Positions 10,493 to 20,489 of a DNA stretch of 64,000 nucleotides are shown in pieces. How positions within the stretch are numbered: position 1 is the first letter of the stretch; the number at the start of each line of letters is the position of its first letter. The notes under the pieces were generated by a model. That model saw only the letters and a program-made list of their open reading frames with translations, searched no databases and was not told the origin of the DNA. This DNA comes from Pseudanabaena sp. Salubria-1 (GTDB lineage: Bacteria; Cyanobacteriota; Cyanobacteriia; Pseudanabaenales; Pseudanabaenaceae), in assembly GCA_023336205.1 (NCBI GenBank), contig JALQCR010000035.1, positions 2,930 to 66,929 of the forward strand, read 5' to 3'. The translations under genes and the position numbers were made by a program.

Positions 10493-11086
10493 TTAAAAAT
10501 CCAAAGAGGTTTTACTAGATCGATTTAGGTGTGCGGGTTTAAGCGGTGTAAGGCGGGGGATTTGGGCATCAGGCACAACTTCTAAAATGCTGTAGGCGGG
10601 TGTCGGTTCGTTCAGCACTAATTGAAATTGGTATAGATTTCTTCCCCCACCTGCGCCTGTGGTAATCACAGTTAGGGAGGTGAGATTTCCCCTTGCGGAA
10701 TTTGGTAAGTTCATCTCCAAATCAATCGGTTGGGCAAGTTGCCGCAGATTAATTACAGTCGCACCGCAATTGCTATCCTTTGCACCGTCTCTACAGAGGG
10801 GACTGTCATAGTCCATCACCACTTTAGAAGGATTGCCCAGCCACACTTTTTTGATAGTCTCGCCCGTTTTGATGAAGCTGATATTCAAAGACTGCATCGG
10901 CGATAGGCTGACCACCGAGGTCACACCGCTTACACCCATCGCTTGACTGACCCCGACCTGACGCTTAGCTGGAAATATGGGATTAGCTTGAGCGATCGCG
11001 GGCAAGGACAGGACTAGAAAAGCGATTAGTCCTGAGATGGAATATTTTTGACATGGTAAAAAGCTCATAACCATAGAACTCAACAA
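10493..11086 (-). CDS. MPF_C T4SS component (secreted, VirB9-like position)
   Basis: Signal peptide; motif ISFIKTGETIKKVWLGNPSKVVMDYD; synteny. Confidence 0.6.
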   Translation of the reverse strand: MLSSMVMSFLPCQKYSISGLIAFLVLSLPAIAQANPIFPAKRQVGVSQAMGVSGVTSVVSLSPMQSLNISFIKTGETIKKVWLGNPSKVVMDYDSPLCRDGAKDSNCGATVINLRQLAQPIDLEMNLPNSARGNLTSLTVITTGAGGGRNLYQFQLVLNEPTPAYSILEVVPDAQIPRLTPLKPAHLNRSSKTSLDF

Positions 11087-11100
11087 CTGATAGAAGTTAA

Positions 11101-12636
11101 TTAGAAAGTCACAGACTGATTCACAAATACCTGTAGTTCTTTACCTGCGGGGATAAAGAAGACATTAGGACGGGTTTTGATTTCTTCGAGCGCCTGTTGA
11201 CTACGACGATTCAAAGTTTCCGAGAGAATGCCAAAGCCACCACTGAGCGCCGCTCCAAGGTAGTTCGGTGGTGGTGCAGTATTAACCGTAGAACTACCGC
11301 CAAGCGTAGATATGCTGCTGGTACTAGTCGGACTGTTGGTGAGTTTGCCGACTTCAGCAAGGGCAGAGGTCAGAAAAGTGCCTACGTCCATACCGCTAAT
11401 CTCCGAACCACGATCGAAATACTTGTCCGCAATCAACGGCGCACCCTCCGCACCACGAATCGTAATCGCATTGAGAGGAGGTGTAAGCTCTCTACCATTG
11501 ATCACAATTCCAACCACATCTAGTTCTGATAATCCTGATTTAGCATCCAAGGGACGCGCAACCACAATTAGAGAAGCATTCGCAGGAATCGCAACTTTCC
11601 CATCCGCCGTTGAAATCGCTTCTTGGAGCGTGACAATAAATTTCGGGATTAGTCCAGGTGCAGAGCCAATTACGCGACTACCATCGGTGGAGAACACTAA
11701 TGCTGTTTTCAATGATGCTCTTGCGGTAGTCCCCACTAGCAAAGTATTGGCACTGATAGCCTGAAGTGACTTTTCAGATTGGGCGAGATAACTGGTTAGA
11801 GAATCTGAGCGCGGTTTCTCAATCACAAGACTTTGGGTGCTGACATTACTAGTGATCGTAGGATTAGGGAAGATCGCTTTCGGCATTTCGCTGGGAGCAG
11901 CCAGATTTCCATAACTACCAATGCTTGCCAATCTCTGCCATTCTTCGGCAGGATTCTTGACTTCCGCAGGTGGACTAGCTGCAAAAATACGCGAAGGCAT
12001 CACCATCGGTTCGACTGGCGACATGATTTGTCGTACAGGATAGATGGGCGCTGCCAATGGCGGCGCTGATAGGTTGCTCATTAGAGGTGACTCAAGAGTG
12101 CGATCGCTAGATCTCGCAGCATTCGGGTCTGGCTTGTCTTTATCTTTGGCATCGAGTTTAGTGTCTGACTTCGGTAAAACCGATGGACGCAATGTTTTCG
12201 ATTTACCTGCGGAAAGCTGACTGCCCAAAGCCAAATCGGTTTTGAACTTAGCGATTTCCGCATCTTTGGGATCGAGGGTAGAAGCGATAACAGCATTCGC
12301 ATCTTTGCTGCCAGATTTCGCATCTAAGGGCTTGGCATTGGATGACATGACACTATTCATGAATAGTCCGACTAGCAAAAAGCCGAATAAGCCCGCGCCG
12401 CCGACTAAAGCGATTTTAGAAAAAGGACTACTAATCAATCCCCGTATGGTGCGATGCTCCTCTGGATCGAAATCGTCATCGTCATCAACATCGTTGGTTT
12501 CACCACCAGTATCAGGCGGTAGATCAGGCTGAAAACCAGTTAGATAGGCAAAGTCAATTTCATCAGCTTTTACATTAGCTTTTTCAGTGGCTAATGGCTG
12601 TTCGGCAATTTCCGTAATCATGGCAACTCCTGTCAC
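11101..12636 (-). CDS. TrbI/VirB10-like T4SS core protein
   Basis: Single TM helix, Pro-rich linker, beta-rich C-terminal domain ending FFIPAGKELQVFVNQS. Confidence 0.75.
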   Translation of the reverse strand: MTGVAMITEIAEQPLATEKANVKADEIDFAYLTGFQPDLPPDTGGETNDVDDDDDFDPEEHRTIRGLISSPFSKIALVGGAGLFGFLLVGLFMNSVMSSNAKPLDAKSGSKDANAVIASTLDPKDAEIAKFKTDLALGSQLSAGKSKTLRPSVLPKSDTKLDAKDKDKPDPNAARSSDRTLESPLMSNLSAPPLAAPIYPVRQIMSPVEPMVMPSRIFAASPPAEVKNPAEEWQRLASIGSYGNLAAPSEMPKAIFPNPTITSNVSTQSLVIEKPRSDSLTSYLAQSEKSLQAISANTLLVGTTARASLKTALVFSTDGSRVIGSAPGLIPKFIVTLQEAISTADGKVAIPANASLIVVARPLDAKSGLSELDVVGIVINGRELTPPLNAITIRGAEGAPLIADKYFDRGSEISGMDVGTFLTSALAEVGKLTNSPTSTSSISTLGGSSTVNTAPPPNYLGAALSGGFGILSETLNRRSQQALEEIKTRPNVFFIPAGKELQVFVNQSVTF

Positions 12637-12669
12637 ATATTTAATCCAATATCGAGAAACGAGAAAGCC

Positions 12670-13473
12670 TTATTTCAGATCGGTTCTGGCAAGGTCACGC
12701 ATGGCATAGATTTCTAAACCAGAGGCTCTAACTTTGAAAATGGCTTGCTCCAATGGCGAAGCATCTGCTTTGAGATTCGGGACATCGATCGCCTGAATGA
12801 AGATTTCTTTGTTAAAGGGAACCGATTCACCAACTTGATTGCTGGGACTAAAAGTAACCAGATTTGCCACAAGGTTGACTTTCCATTTCCCCTTTTCAAT
12901 CTCTTCAGGTGCAGTAATGCTCTGAGGCACTAAAATCACCTTGCTCCCACCTGAAAATACTTCTGTCGGTGTTAATTCCGCGATCGATGAAAGTAAACCT
13001 TTGCGGAAGTCTTCGGAAAAGCCAAAACTTGCTTGCCAAGCGATCGTCGTAATTTTCTTCTTCAGTCCTTGAGCGGAGGTAACTTCCACACCAGGATCGA
13101 GAACGGGTTTACCATTCTGAGCATCTGAGGGCAATTCACCTGTCCATGTCATCAAAGAAAGCAATTGCTGAGTCACAAACTGCTTCACAATTTCAGGAGA
13201 TCTCGCTTTGTTCTCCATTGAGATCGCCGTAATCGCTTTACCGCCAACTAGCTGCACCAATGTTGGTGGTTTCTGGGAGGCAAGGGAGAGATATGCCCCC
13301 GTCAGGGCGATTAGCCCCAAGCTATTGAGTGCCGATAAGCCCAATATGCCAAACAGGATGGAGACGACCAGTACATCTTTAGGAGTTTTGGCTTTACTGG
13401 GAGAGGATGGAGCAGGAATAAAACTATGCAAAGCAGTAGTTTCATCTGTTTTATTTTCTGTATATGAATTCAT
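12670..13473 (-). CDS. MPF_C T4SS membrane protein (VirB8-like position)
   Basis: One N-terminal TM helix followed by a soluble domain; synteny. Confidence 0.6.
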   Translation of the reverse strand: MNSYTENKTDETTALHSFIPAPSSPSKAKTPKDVLVVSILFGILGLSALNSLGLIALTGAYLSLASQKPPTLVQLVGGKAITAISMENKARSPEIVKQFVTQQLLSLMTWTGELPSDAQNGKPVLDPGVEVTSAQGLKKKITTIAWQASFGFSEDFRKGLLSSIAELTPTEVFSGGSKVILVPQSITAPEEIEKGKWKVNLVANLVTFSPSNQVGESVPFNKEIFIQAIDVPNLKADASPLEQAIFKVRASGLEIYAMRDLARTDLK

Positions 13474-13482
13474 TTTGATTAC

Positions 13483-14520
13483 CTACTTAGAAATTCGTAG
13501 CCCGATATTTAAACCTGCTGAAGCCGCCGCACTTGCTGCCGAGAGAATGGCGCTAAAGATCGCCATGCCACCACCAGCCGATAGGGCGAGGGCAAGAATT
13601 GGCGCAAGCAGTCCAAGGGTAATTGCGATCGAGAGCGTATCCAGTTGTGCGGAAGCAGCGATCGCTGTGGCGGCAAGTCCTGTAATGATGTTCAAACTTA
13701 GCTTTGCCATGCCCAATGACCAGAATCCTGTCATCCATGCATAGAGTGGCTTTGCACCGATGGGTAGCAATGAAGCACCGACGGCAAGGGGACCGAGTAA
13801 ACCTGTGAGCAGAAAACCGACTTCGATCAGCGCCTGAAAAGCTGACTGCATGGCGATCATAAAAGTCTCGATCGCCGCCAACATAATCGAGCGGGCAATG
13901 ATTGTGCCGGGGAACAGATTCGTAACTGCTTCCAGTGGGTTTTCGCTTGCCTTATCGATTTGTTTTTTTAACTTGCCAATCAAAGCCGCCGCCACCGCAC
14001 CGTAGTTTGTCTCATAGCCGCTCAGCAATGCTTGGGCTTTGGTATTCACCTCTTGCAAGCAAGCTTGCATTTCCGTATTTTTAGTGATGCTATTGCATTG
14101 CTGGCGATAGGCAATTATTTGCTCTTGGGCGACAGAGAAATCGGCTAGGGCGGATAGGGTTTTCTCTAATTTGGCGGTTGAGGTAATCGCACCCAACACT
14201 GAGTTATTGGCATTGTTGATTACTGTTCGCATCCCATTGGTTAGCCCAATCAGGTTTTGACCACCATTGGTGAGCAGCACAATCACGATGATCGGCCAGA
14301 TTAATTCACCGAATTGTCGATAACTCTGATCATCAATCAGGTTCTTGGTAAATTGGATCGTCCATAGCAGCAAAGAAGCTACGGCAATAATGAGTCCGAG
14401 ATTGGTAAGAGCTTTGTAGAGAGTGCCATTGAAGGCAAGTTCCCACGTATCTTGCCATGCTCCTTGCACGGCTAGTGATACCTCCTCTGAATTGTTGACA
14501 ATAACTTGAGCAATCAGCAT
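13483..14520 (-). CDS. VirB6/TrbL-like polytopic T4SS membrane protein
   Basis: Multiple TM helices; GLLGPLAVGASLLP...LYAWMTGFWSLG motif; synteny. Confidence 0.72.
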   Translation of the reverse strand: MLIAQVIVNNSEEVSLAVQGAWQDTWELAFNGTLYKALTNLGLIIAVASLLLWTIQFTKNLIDDQSYRQFGELIWPIIVIVLLTNGGQNLIGLTNGMRTVINNANNSVLGAITSTAKLEKTLSALADFSVAQEQIIAYRQQCNSITKNTEMQACLQEVNTKAQALLSGYETNYGAVAAALIGKLKKQIDKASENPLEAVTNLFPGTIIARSIMLAAIETFMIAMQSAFQALIEVGFLLTGLLGPLAVGASLLPIGAKPLYAWMTGFWSLGMAKLSLNIITGLAATAIAASAQLDTLSIAITLGLLAPILALALSAGGGMAIFSAILSAASAAASAGLNIGLRISK

Positions 14521-14531
14521 GGTTAATCTCT

Positions 14532-15539
14532 TTAGCGTAGGAAGGTATAGGGCATCCGTTGTTGAATCGTAGAGTTGCGTTCCATCACCCGCTCTTGGCG
14601 ATCGCCTTTGAGGGCAGTATTAATCTGGTCAAGATTGAGCAGGGAGGTTGCACCTTGCTGAGTTTGTTGTACTTGCAAAGCAAGTTGCTGCGCCTCGATC
14701 TGAGTGCGTTGGCTATTTTGTTCGGCGACTTGAGCATTCTGGTCGGACAGCACACCAATTTGCTTGGCAACATTACCAAGCTGATTGGCATTGTTACCAA
14801 ACTGGGAAGCAATATTCGAGAGAATTGCCGAATTGCCCGAATTTTGTTGCGCTACAATTTTCAGCACATCCTGTGTGGCTAACGCTCCTTGCGCTTGCTG
14901 CGATAGCAGATCTACCTGTTGAGCGCTAGAAAATGCACTCTGAGCAAAGCTGACTGAATTGGCGGCAATTTGTTGGGCAGTATTAGCGATCGCGGCATTG
15001 GTTTGAGCGCCTGTAGATGTATTTAGCGATAGCTGTCCGACATTCTGAGCGTTGAGCATCATCTCTTCGAGGGTTTTCTTCAGCCGCGCTTGCCCTTCTT
15101 CTCCCAAGACATTTTGGACAGAAGCATTGGTAACTGAAGCAGTAACCATCCCTTGATTTGTAAATGTGCCATTTAACCCAGCGCTGTTAAATGCGCCTTT
15201 AATCGAGGCAAGTACCGCCGCTTCAGCTTTGCTAGGGTCTGGGATGCCTAGTTGTCCGATTGATTGGGTAATTGCGGATTGGACATGGGGCAGGTATTGT
15301 CCCAGCGCCTTGTCTAGTTGCGCTTTCAGGAAGTCACCAGAGTTAATCGAGGTAATCAGTTGATTGACCTGTGTGATTAATCCTGAGAGTTCGGTAGGGA
15401 CTGGTAATTGCAGCGCACTTGCATCTCTTGGACTTGTCAGAATTAGCGAACAAGTAACTAAACTGATGGCGATCGCTTTGTAGGTTTGACGATTAATTTT
15501 CATAGTGTTGTAGAAAAGTTTCTCAGGATTGATAATCAA
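14532..15539 (-). CDS. MPF_C T4SS protein (Gln/Asn-rich helical, VirB5-like position)
   Basis: Signal peptide; Q/N-rich coiled coil; lies between the virB4 and virB6-like genes. Confidence 0.6.
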   Translation of the reverse strand: MIINPEKLFYNTMKINRQTYKAIAISLVTCSLILTSPRDASALQLPVPTELSGLITQVNQLITSINSGDFLKAQLDKALGQYLPHVQSAITQSIGQLGIPDPSKAEAAVLASIKGAFNSAGLNGTFTNQGMVTASVTNASVQNVLGEEGQARLKKTLEEMMLNAQNVGQLSLNTSTGAQTNAAIANTAQQIAANSVSFAQSAFSSAQQVDLLSQQAQGALATQDVLKIVAQQNSGNSAILSNIASQFGNNANQLGNVAKQIGVLSDQNAQVAEQNSQRTQIEAQQLALQVQQTQQGATSLLNLDQINTALKGDRQERVMERNSTIQQRMPYTFLR

Positions 15540-18295
15540 AGGACGGCTTCAGGTAATTTGAGCTTGCGCCCATCTCTTAAAGCACTAGCCATCTCTCGCG
15601 AAAAGGCAGCTAATCCTTTGTATGGATCTGCTAGCGAATCCATGTAAGCTGTACGCGCTTCCTGCTCGTCGGGGTTATTTGCCACAACTCCAAGCTGGAT
15701 ATAGCTGGGGAAGAACCGCACGAAGGTATAAATCCCGCCATCGTCCAGTAACCATTGCGAGTAAATCGATTCCCGTTTCGGGTAAAACCGCTCCTCCGCA
15801 TTCTGAGCAATCACGGCTCTGGGATATTTGAGGATGCTGACAAAGCTATCCACTGCCGAGGGTTGAATTCTGCCAATCAATCTCGTCGATAGATTTTGAA
15901 GAATCTTGGAAGCCGATGGCGATCTGGCGATCGTGTCAGGGTCTTGGGCGGAAATAATTACCTTGATACCTGCCTTAGCTCCATTGGCACAGAGCCGCGC
16001 TACCATTTCCGAGATCGTCGGATATTCAAACAGGATCGGGGCTTCATCAATAAACAAAATGCTGGCTGGCGATGATAAAGCGCGTCTGAGGGCTGCTGAG
16101 TAAGCTGACAAAGCTAGAATTGCCGCGTCTTCCGCTTCCGATAGGTTTCGCAGCGCAAATACCAATAGTCGCGCATCACTGCGAAAAGTTGATGGACGCG
16201 AAATCGCTTGACCAATGCGAGAGTTCAGCCAAAACCGTAATTGAATTGTGATTTGATTGGTAGCCTGATCGATCTGTTCGCTGCTTGCCACATCCGCCTC
16301 AATCTCCGATTTTCCTTGATGCAGAAAATAGTCCAAGAAGTCTGACAGGGTGGGCATCTGACTCCACGCTTCTGTACCGAACCCATCGGCGATCGCCCGA
16401 TCGTATCTGGATTTAATTTGCTCGTCGTCAAAGAAGGCATTGACCACAGGCACTAGTAAAGCCCTTATCAATTGCCGCAGTTGTCTTTCCGATGAGGATA
16501 GGTCATGCTGACTTGCTCCAAATACCATCGTCATCAGTGCTGATTCCACAAAGGATTTGAAATCTCGCAAACGCTCTTCTGCTTGCTCAGGAGCAAATGC
16601 TCTTAAATCTGGCAGTTCGAGCAGGTTTGATGACTCTTTACTGATATCAAAATATGCGCCAATATCACCAATAAAACGGGTGTAGTCCGTAAACGTACTC
16701 GTACCATCAGGTTTCGGGAAATCAAGCGCGACAATTTGCTGGTTGTTGCAGAGGGCTTGCGATATAAAGGCTGATACCAATACCGACTTACCCGCACGAG
16801 TTGTCGCAAAAATACCGATATTTCGATGCTTGCGTACATCCAGATACAGAGGCATACCGCCTTCTTCGGTAATCAATTCAAACCCAGTCTCATCGACCGA
16901 TCTGGGCATAACGCAACCCGTAAAGGCAACCGCTTCATCGGATAGGTAAACATGACGGCGGGGAAAGGGTTGAGCTAGCAAATTACCAACCGTAATTGGT
17001 AAGGTTTGCTTCCACATCAACCATGCATATTCAGTTTCCCGCTCTACCCACGCAGGACGCTGAAAACAACTGCAAAAATAACGACAGGCCTCATCAAGGG
17101 CATTGGGACTAGGACGGCGAATTAAAATAGCTACAGCCACGTTGATTGGAATTGCGCCTTCATAAAGTGCTTCCTGTGCCTTGACGGCTCTCTGCTGTTT
17201 TAACGAAGCATTGACATTGATGTTATTCAAAGAAGCGGATTGCTCTTGCGAGACAATGCTCTGCTTGGTCACACGTTGCATATTCGCTTTGACAATCGTT
17301 TCATTTGCCCTTGTGAATTGACAAAAAACTTCAGTATTTGATATCGCATCACGGGCGATTGCTTCCCAGAGATAGCGCATCTGTTTACCCTTCGATACCC
17401 AACCGCCTGGTTTATCCATGAAAGTGAGTACACCAATGTATTCGCCTTTCAAATGCACGAAACCATTATCAGCAAAGGGAATTGAATCAGGACGCTCTAG
17501 CAATAATGTTTTCATATGCACTTGCGTAGTCACCTGTTCCTGCACACCGCGATCTGACATCACCAGTAATTGCGGAATCGGTGGTGCTTCACTGCTGTTA
17601 AATTGCCGCCAGAGATGTTCCCATAGTTCCCGATCTGTCAAGGGTCGCAAATCCAAACCCATGCGATTAGATAGAATCTGTTCCCAGTTCAGAAACCCAT
17701 CGGTAAAGGCTTTGGCAAAAGCAATTTCATGACGCTCCTGCTCTGCTTCTTTTTCTTGTCCCACCAATTGCTGATACAGCTTCTGTACCCAAGCCAGCAC
17801 TTTTTCTAGAGCATCATTGCCCTCGGCAGTCGATCCGCGAATTGTATAGGTTGCATAGAGGCGTAGAAATTTAGGTTTTCTCAAACCAGCCTTAGATAGC
17901 TCCTGTACCCTTTGCTTCTCACCCATCACCAGAAACTTTAACTGCGGGGTATCGGCTTGTTCGTAAAGTTCTTGGAGTTGATTTTGGCGATCTCGATCGG
18001 AGCTAACCGAACCAAAATGCACCGTCAGCTTTTCACCATCTGGGATATCTTTCAAACCCGATTGGATCGCGTCAAACATCGATGTTTCTTGTTCCGCAGA
18101 TAGGGTGGTATGAATACCTTTCGATTCCCAGCCAAACACGAACTGCAATGATTCTAGGGATGAGTTACCTTGTTTAAGGACAAAGCAACTCACCGTCCGA
18201 TCTCGTAGCTCGAATTTGAGGATACATTCTACGGCAAGCTCTTTCTCAAAGTGCTTATAGCCTTTACGATTAACTTTTGGATTAGCGACGGACAT
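15536..18295 (-). CDS. virB4: VirB4-family conjugative ATPase
   Basis: 919 aa; Walker A ATTRAGKS; Walker B LFIDEAP; NGAKAGIKVIISAQD. Confidence 0.9.
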   Translation of the reverse strand: MSVANPKVNRKGYKHFEKELAVECILKFELRDRTVSCFVLKQGNSSLESLQFVFGWESKGIHTTLSAEQETSMFDAIQSGLKDIPDGEKLTVHFGSVSSDRDRQNQLQELYEQADTPQLKFLVMGEKQRVQELSKAGLRKPKFLRLYATYTIRGSTAEGNDALEKVLAWVQKLYQQLVGQEKEAEQERHEIAFAKAFTDGFLNWEQILSNRMGLDLRPLTDRELWEHLWRQFNSSEAPPIPQLLVMSDRGVQEQVTTQVHMKTLLLERPDSIPFADNGFVHLKGEYIGVLTFMDKPGGWVSKGKQMRYLWEAIARDAISNTEVFCQFTRANETIVKANMQRVTKQSIVSQEQSASLNNINVNASLKQQRAVKAQEALYEGAIPINVAVAILIRRPSPNALDEACRYFCSCFQRPAWVERETEYAWLMWKQTLPITVGNLLAQPFPRRHVYLSDEAVAFTGCVMPRSVDETGFELITEEGGMPLYLDVRKHRNIGIFATTRAGKSVLVSAFISQALCNNQQIVALDFPKPDGTSTFTDYTRFIGDIGAYFDISKESSNLLELPDLRAFAPEQAEERLRDFKSFVESALMTMVFGASQHDLSSSERQLRQLIRALLVPVVNAFFDDEQIKSRYDRAIADGFGTEAWSQMPTLSDFLDYFLHQGKSEIEADVASSEQIDQATNQITIQLRFWLNSRIGQAISRPSTFRSDARLLVFALRNLSEAEDAAILALSAYSAALRRALSSPASILFIDEAPILFEYPTISEMVARLCANGAKAGIKVIISAQDPDTIARSPSASKILQNLSTRLIGRIQPSAVDSFVSILKYPRAVIAQNAEERFYPKRESIYSQWLLDDGGIYTFVRFFPSYIQLGVVANNPDEQEARTAYMDSLADPYKGLAAFSREMASALRDGRKLKLPEAVL

Positions 18296-18602
18296 ATCTT
18301 TTTGGCTCCTGTTTGCTCATGTCTCTGTACCGATACGCGCCTCGCGTCCATCTGGGTACAGGGATGAATTTTGATAGAAACCGATAGGGTTTAGAACCCG
18401 TTAAAATCCACCATGTCGTATCCCCCCAGGCCACGATTATTGATACCCATAGCCATGACATATTCAGAAACACGTAGCAAATCATAAACAACGTAAAGCT
18501 GATGATTGCCCAAGGAATAATCAGTTCGGTGGGAAACGGTCCAATCTTCGGACTTGCCCCCAGAATGGCATTGACCTTACGGAATTTGTACTCATCTGAC
18601 AT
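18282..18602 (-). CDS. VirB3-like small membrane protein
   Basis: 106 aa with two TM helices, overlapping the virB4 start. Confidence 0.7.
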   Translation of the reverse strand: MSDEYKFRKVNAILGASPKIGPFPTELIIPWAIISFTLFMICYVFLNMSWLWVSIIVAWGDTTWWILTGSKPYRFLSKFIPVPRWTRGAYRYRDMSKQEPKRYVRR

Positions 18603-18607
18603 GGTTC

Positions 18608-19192
18608 CTAAACCCCAGTAATAACTGCGGCTAGGATGTCACCCATAGTCACTGTCACCACCAAAATCAACGGAGTACGAGCTAATTGCTGCCAATCATC
18701 ATCGTTTCTAGCCGATTGAATCACTTTTACTAGTCCAATCCCTAGATAAATCACAAATAATGCTCGCAGCACGTTAAAGATTAAGGCAACTAAAGCTGCA
18801 TCTATCCCAGGAATCGCACCACCTAACCATGTCTGAGTTTTGTTAAAAAACTGGGCTTGGGCTGGCTCAATTGTAAAAATCAACAGTAATCCAATCAGGA
18901 AGCCAATTCCTGTTCCTAGCAATAAAACTGGACTGTACTTGCGATTTCGTAAATGCTGCTCAACTTTGCCATACAGCATTAGTAAAGTTTTTGGAAAAGC
19001 CAACAGTAAGCCAATCAAGGCTAGTAATGCAGTCAGGTACATACTTCTAGAACAGGAGAAGGCAATGACGATTCCGACTACCGTGGCGGTTAATGTGGCA
19101 ATCTGCGGGTCTTGGATTCTGTTGAAGAACTTGGAACCATTGCGATGAGGAGTATAGGTAACTCTCATCCCATCGTTTGGAGATGTTTTCAT
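18608..19192 (-). CDS. VirB2/TrbC-like pilin precursor
   Basis: Hydrophobic helices; AQA-Q cleavage-like motif; first structural gene of the tra operon. Confidence 0.65.
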   Translation of the reverse strand: MKTSPNDGMRVTYTPHRNGSKFFNRIQDPQIATLTATVVGIVIAFSCSRSMYLTALLALIGLLLAFPKTLLMLYGKVEQHLRNRKYSPVLLLGTGIGFLIGLLLIFTIEPAQAQFFNKTQTWLGGAIPGIDAALVALIFNVLRALFVIYLGIGLVKVIQSARNDDDWQQLARTPLILVVTVTMGDILAAVITGV

Positions 19193-19288
19193 GTTTTCAA
19201 TTTGGGAGAAATTGGGCTTCTTTGCTTGACTGCATCTTGCACCATAGCCACGTTTTGGTCAATCACCGAAGCTCGACACAGTACTGAT

Positions 19289-19555
19289 TTAGACTGTATT
19301 TGCAACATCACGCTTACGGCGATGATCTGCTAAAGCGTCATTTAAACCACATCGAAGATATTGCTTTCGCAGTCGCCATAACCCTGTCCTTTCGATACCC
19401 AGAACCTTGATTATTGCTGGGATATCGGCTCCATTATGCATAGCTAGTAACACTTGAGCGCGATTGAGCATAGAGATGTGGCTAGTCCCCTTGCGACAAA
19501 GCTTTAGGCATTGCTGATAATCAGCGTTTGAGAGAGTTAGTTTTAGTCTTTCCAT
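19289..19555 (-). CDS. Small winged-HTH protein (IS630 N-terminal-like), possible tra regulator
   Basis: RAQVLLAMHNG..IPAIIKVLGIERTGLWRLRKQY..GLNDAL. Confidence 0.65.
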   Translation of the reverse strand: MERLKLTLSNADYQQCLKLCRKGTSHISMLNRAQVLLAMHNGADIPAIIKVLGIERTGLWRLRKQYLRCGLNDALADHRRKRDVANTV

Positions 19556-20005
19556 GTTGCAGATGACGTTTTGTTAAGTTGTTTGTAAAGTAGAGCCAAA
19601 TGCACATTTTTCGTTAGTTTTTTAGTCGTTTAGATCACTATTCATTTAGTTGTCGGACAATTAGCAGGTAATTTATTTGGCTTGAATGTTTAACATGATA
19701 CTGTACATTCTCTTTTTCATTCATATCGATGATCTATTTGAAAGAAACTAGATGGAGCCTGATGCGTTCAGCAATATATCTATTGTCTATATAGTTCAGA
19801 ATTCACTAGAGCAATTTGAGATAGAATCTTGCTGATTGAATTGACAATCCCAAGTCCAAGGATGAGCAGCTAACCCAGCAAGTTGAGCAGCCGTATTATA
19901 TTTTTCGTTCGACTATCCTTTCATATTGAATTGAAATAATTAACCACTAAGTGGGCGATCTCTTAGGTCTAATCCTAAATGGGATTATAAAATCATTCCC
20001 ATTTA

Positions 20006-20267
20006 GGGGTGTAATCAGGATACGTGTAATTTAGTGCCACGAAACGCTAAGATGATTAGCTGACTTAAGTTCTAGAAATTGTCTCAAAGATCTACTCTGT
20101 TTCAGGATATTGCCCAGATAGCAATTTCAGAACGAACAAATCAGCATTTCAGCCACCAGTTTTAACGTAAGAATGAGGATTTCAGACCATCACTTTTAAG
20201 CGATATGGTCCTGAGCAGGATACGTGTAATTCCGTGGCACTAAATTATACGTATCCTGATACACTCC
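20006..20267. mobile_element. 262-bp Tn3-derived miniature inverted-repeat element
   Basis: Left end GGGGTGTAATCAGGATACGTGTAATTTAGTGCCACGAAACGCTAAG (GGGG...TAAG, Tn3 type). Right end (reverse complement) GGAGTGTATCAGGATACGTATAATTTAGTGCCACG. No ORF inside. Confidence 0.7.
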
Positions 20268-20318
20268 TACTAAGGATACGAATTGAATCGAAACAACACA
20301 ATTAAGGAAAAAAGTATT

Positions 20319-20489
20319 ATGCATTTAGATAGAGGTTTCGTTTCTCCTTATTTTGCAACAAACGCTGAAAAGATGATTTGTGAGATGGAAGATCCTTTTA
20401 TCTTGTTGACTACTAAAAAAATCACTAATATCAATCAAATTCTTAAAATTCTTGAAGGGGCTGCTAGGCACTGGTCAGTTAAATCGTGA
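20319..20489 (+). pseudogene. groEL: GroEL apical-domain fragment truncated by an IS1-family element
   Basis: MHLDRGFVSPYFATNAEKMICEMEDPFILLTTKKITNINQILKILEGAA aligns by eye with the GroEL MQFDRGYLSPYF...PFILL.DKKISN segment. Native sequence ends at 20466 at the IS end. Confidence 0.8.

Noticed and set aside
3022-19192. Relaxase within the tra operon, and the many antisense ORFs overlapping tra genes
   Set aside because: No HUH or other relaxase motif was recognised. The antisense ORFs lie fully opposite well-supported genes.
19289-19555. IS630 element
   Set aside because: Only an HTH-like domain; no DDE domain or terminal repeats found nearby.
20268-20272. TACTA after the 20267 end as the inverted partner of TAGTA (58017-58021), i.e. 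a Tn3 target duplication
   Set aside because: Sequence beyond 20272 does not translate into the missing 5' part of the IS701-like transposase, and a 5-bp AT-rich match is easily chance.
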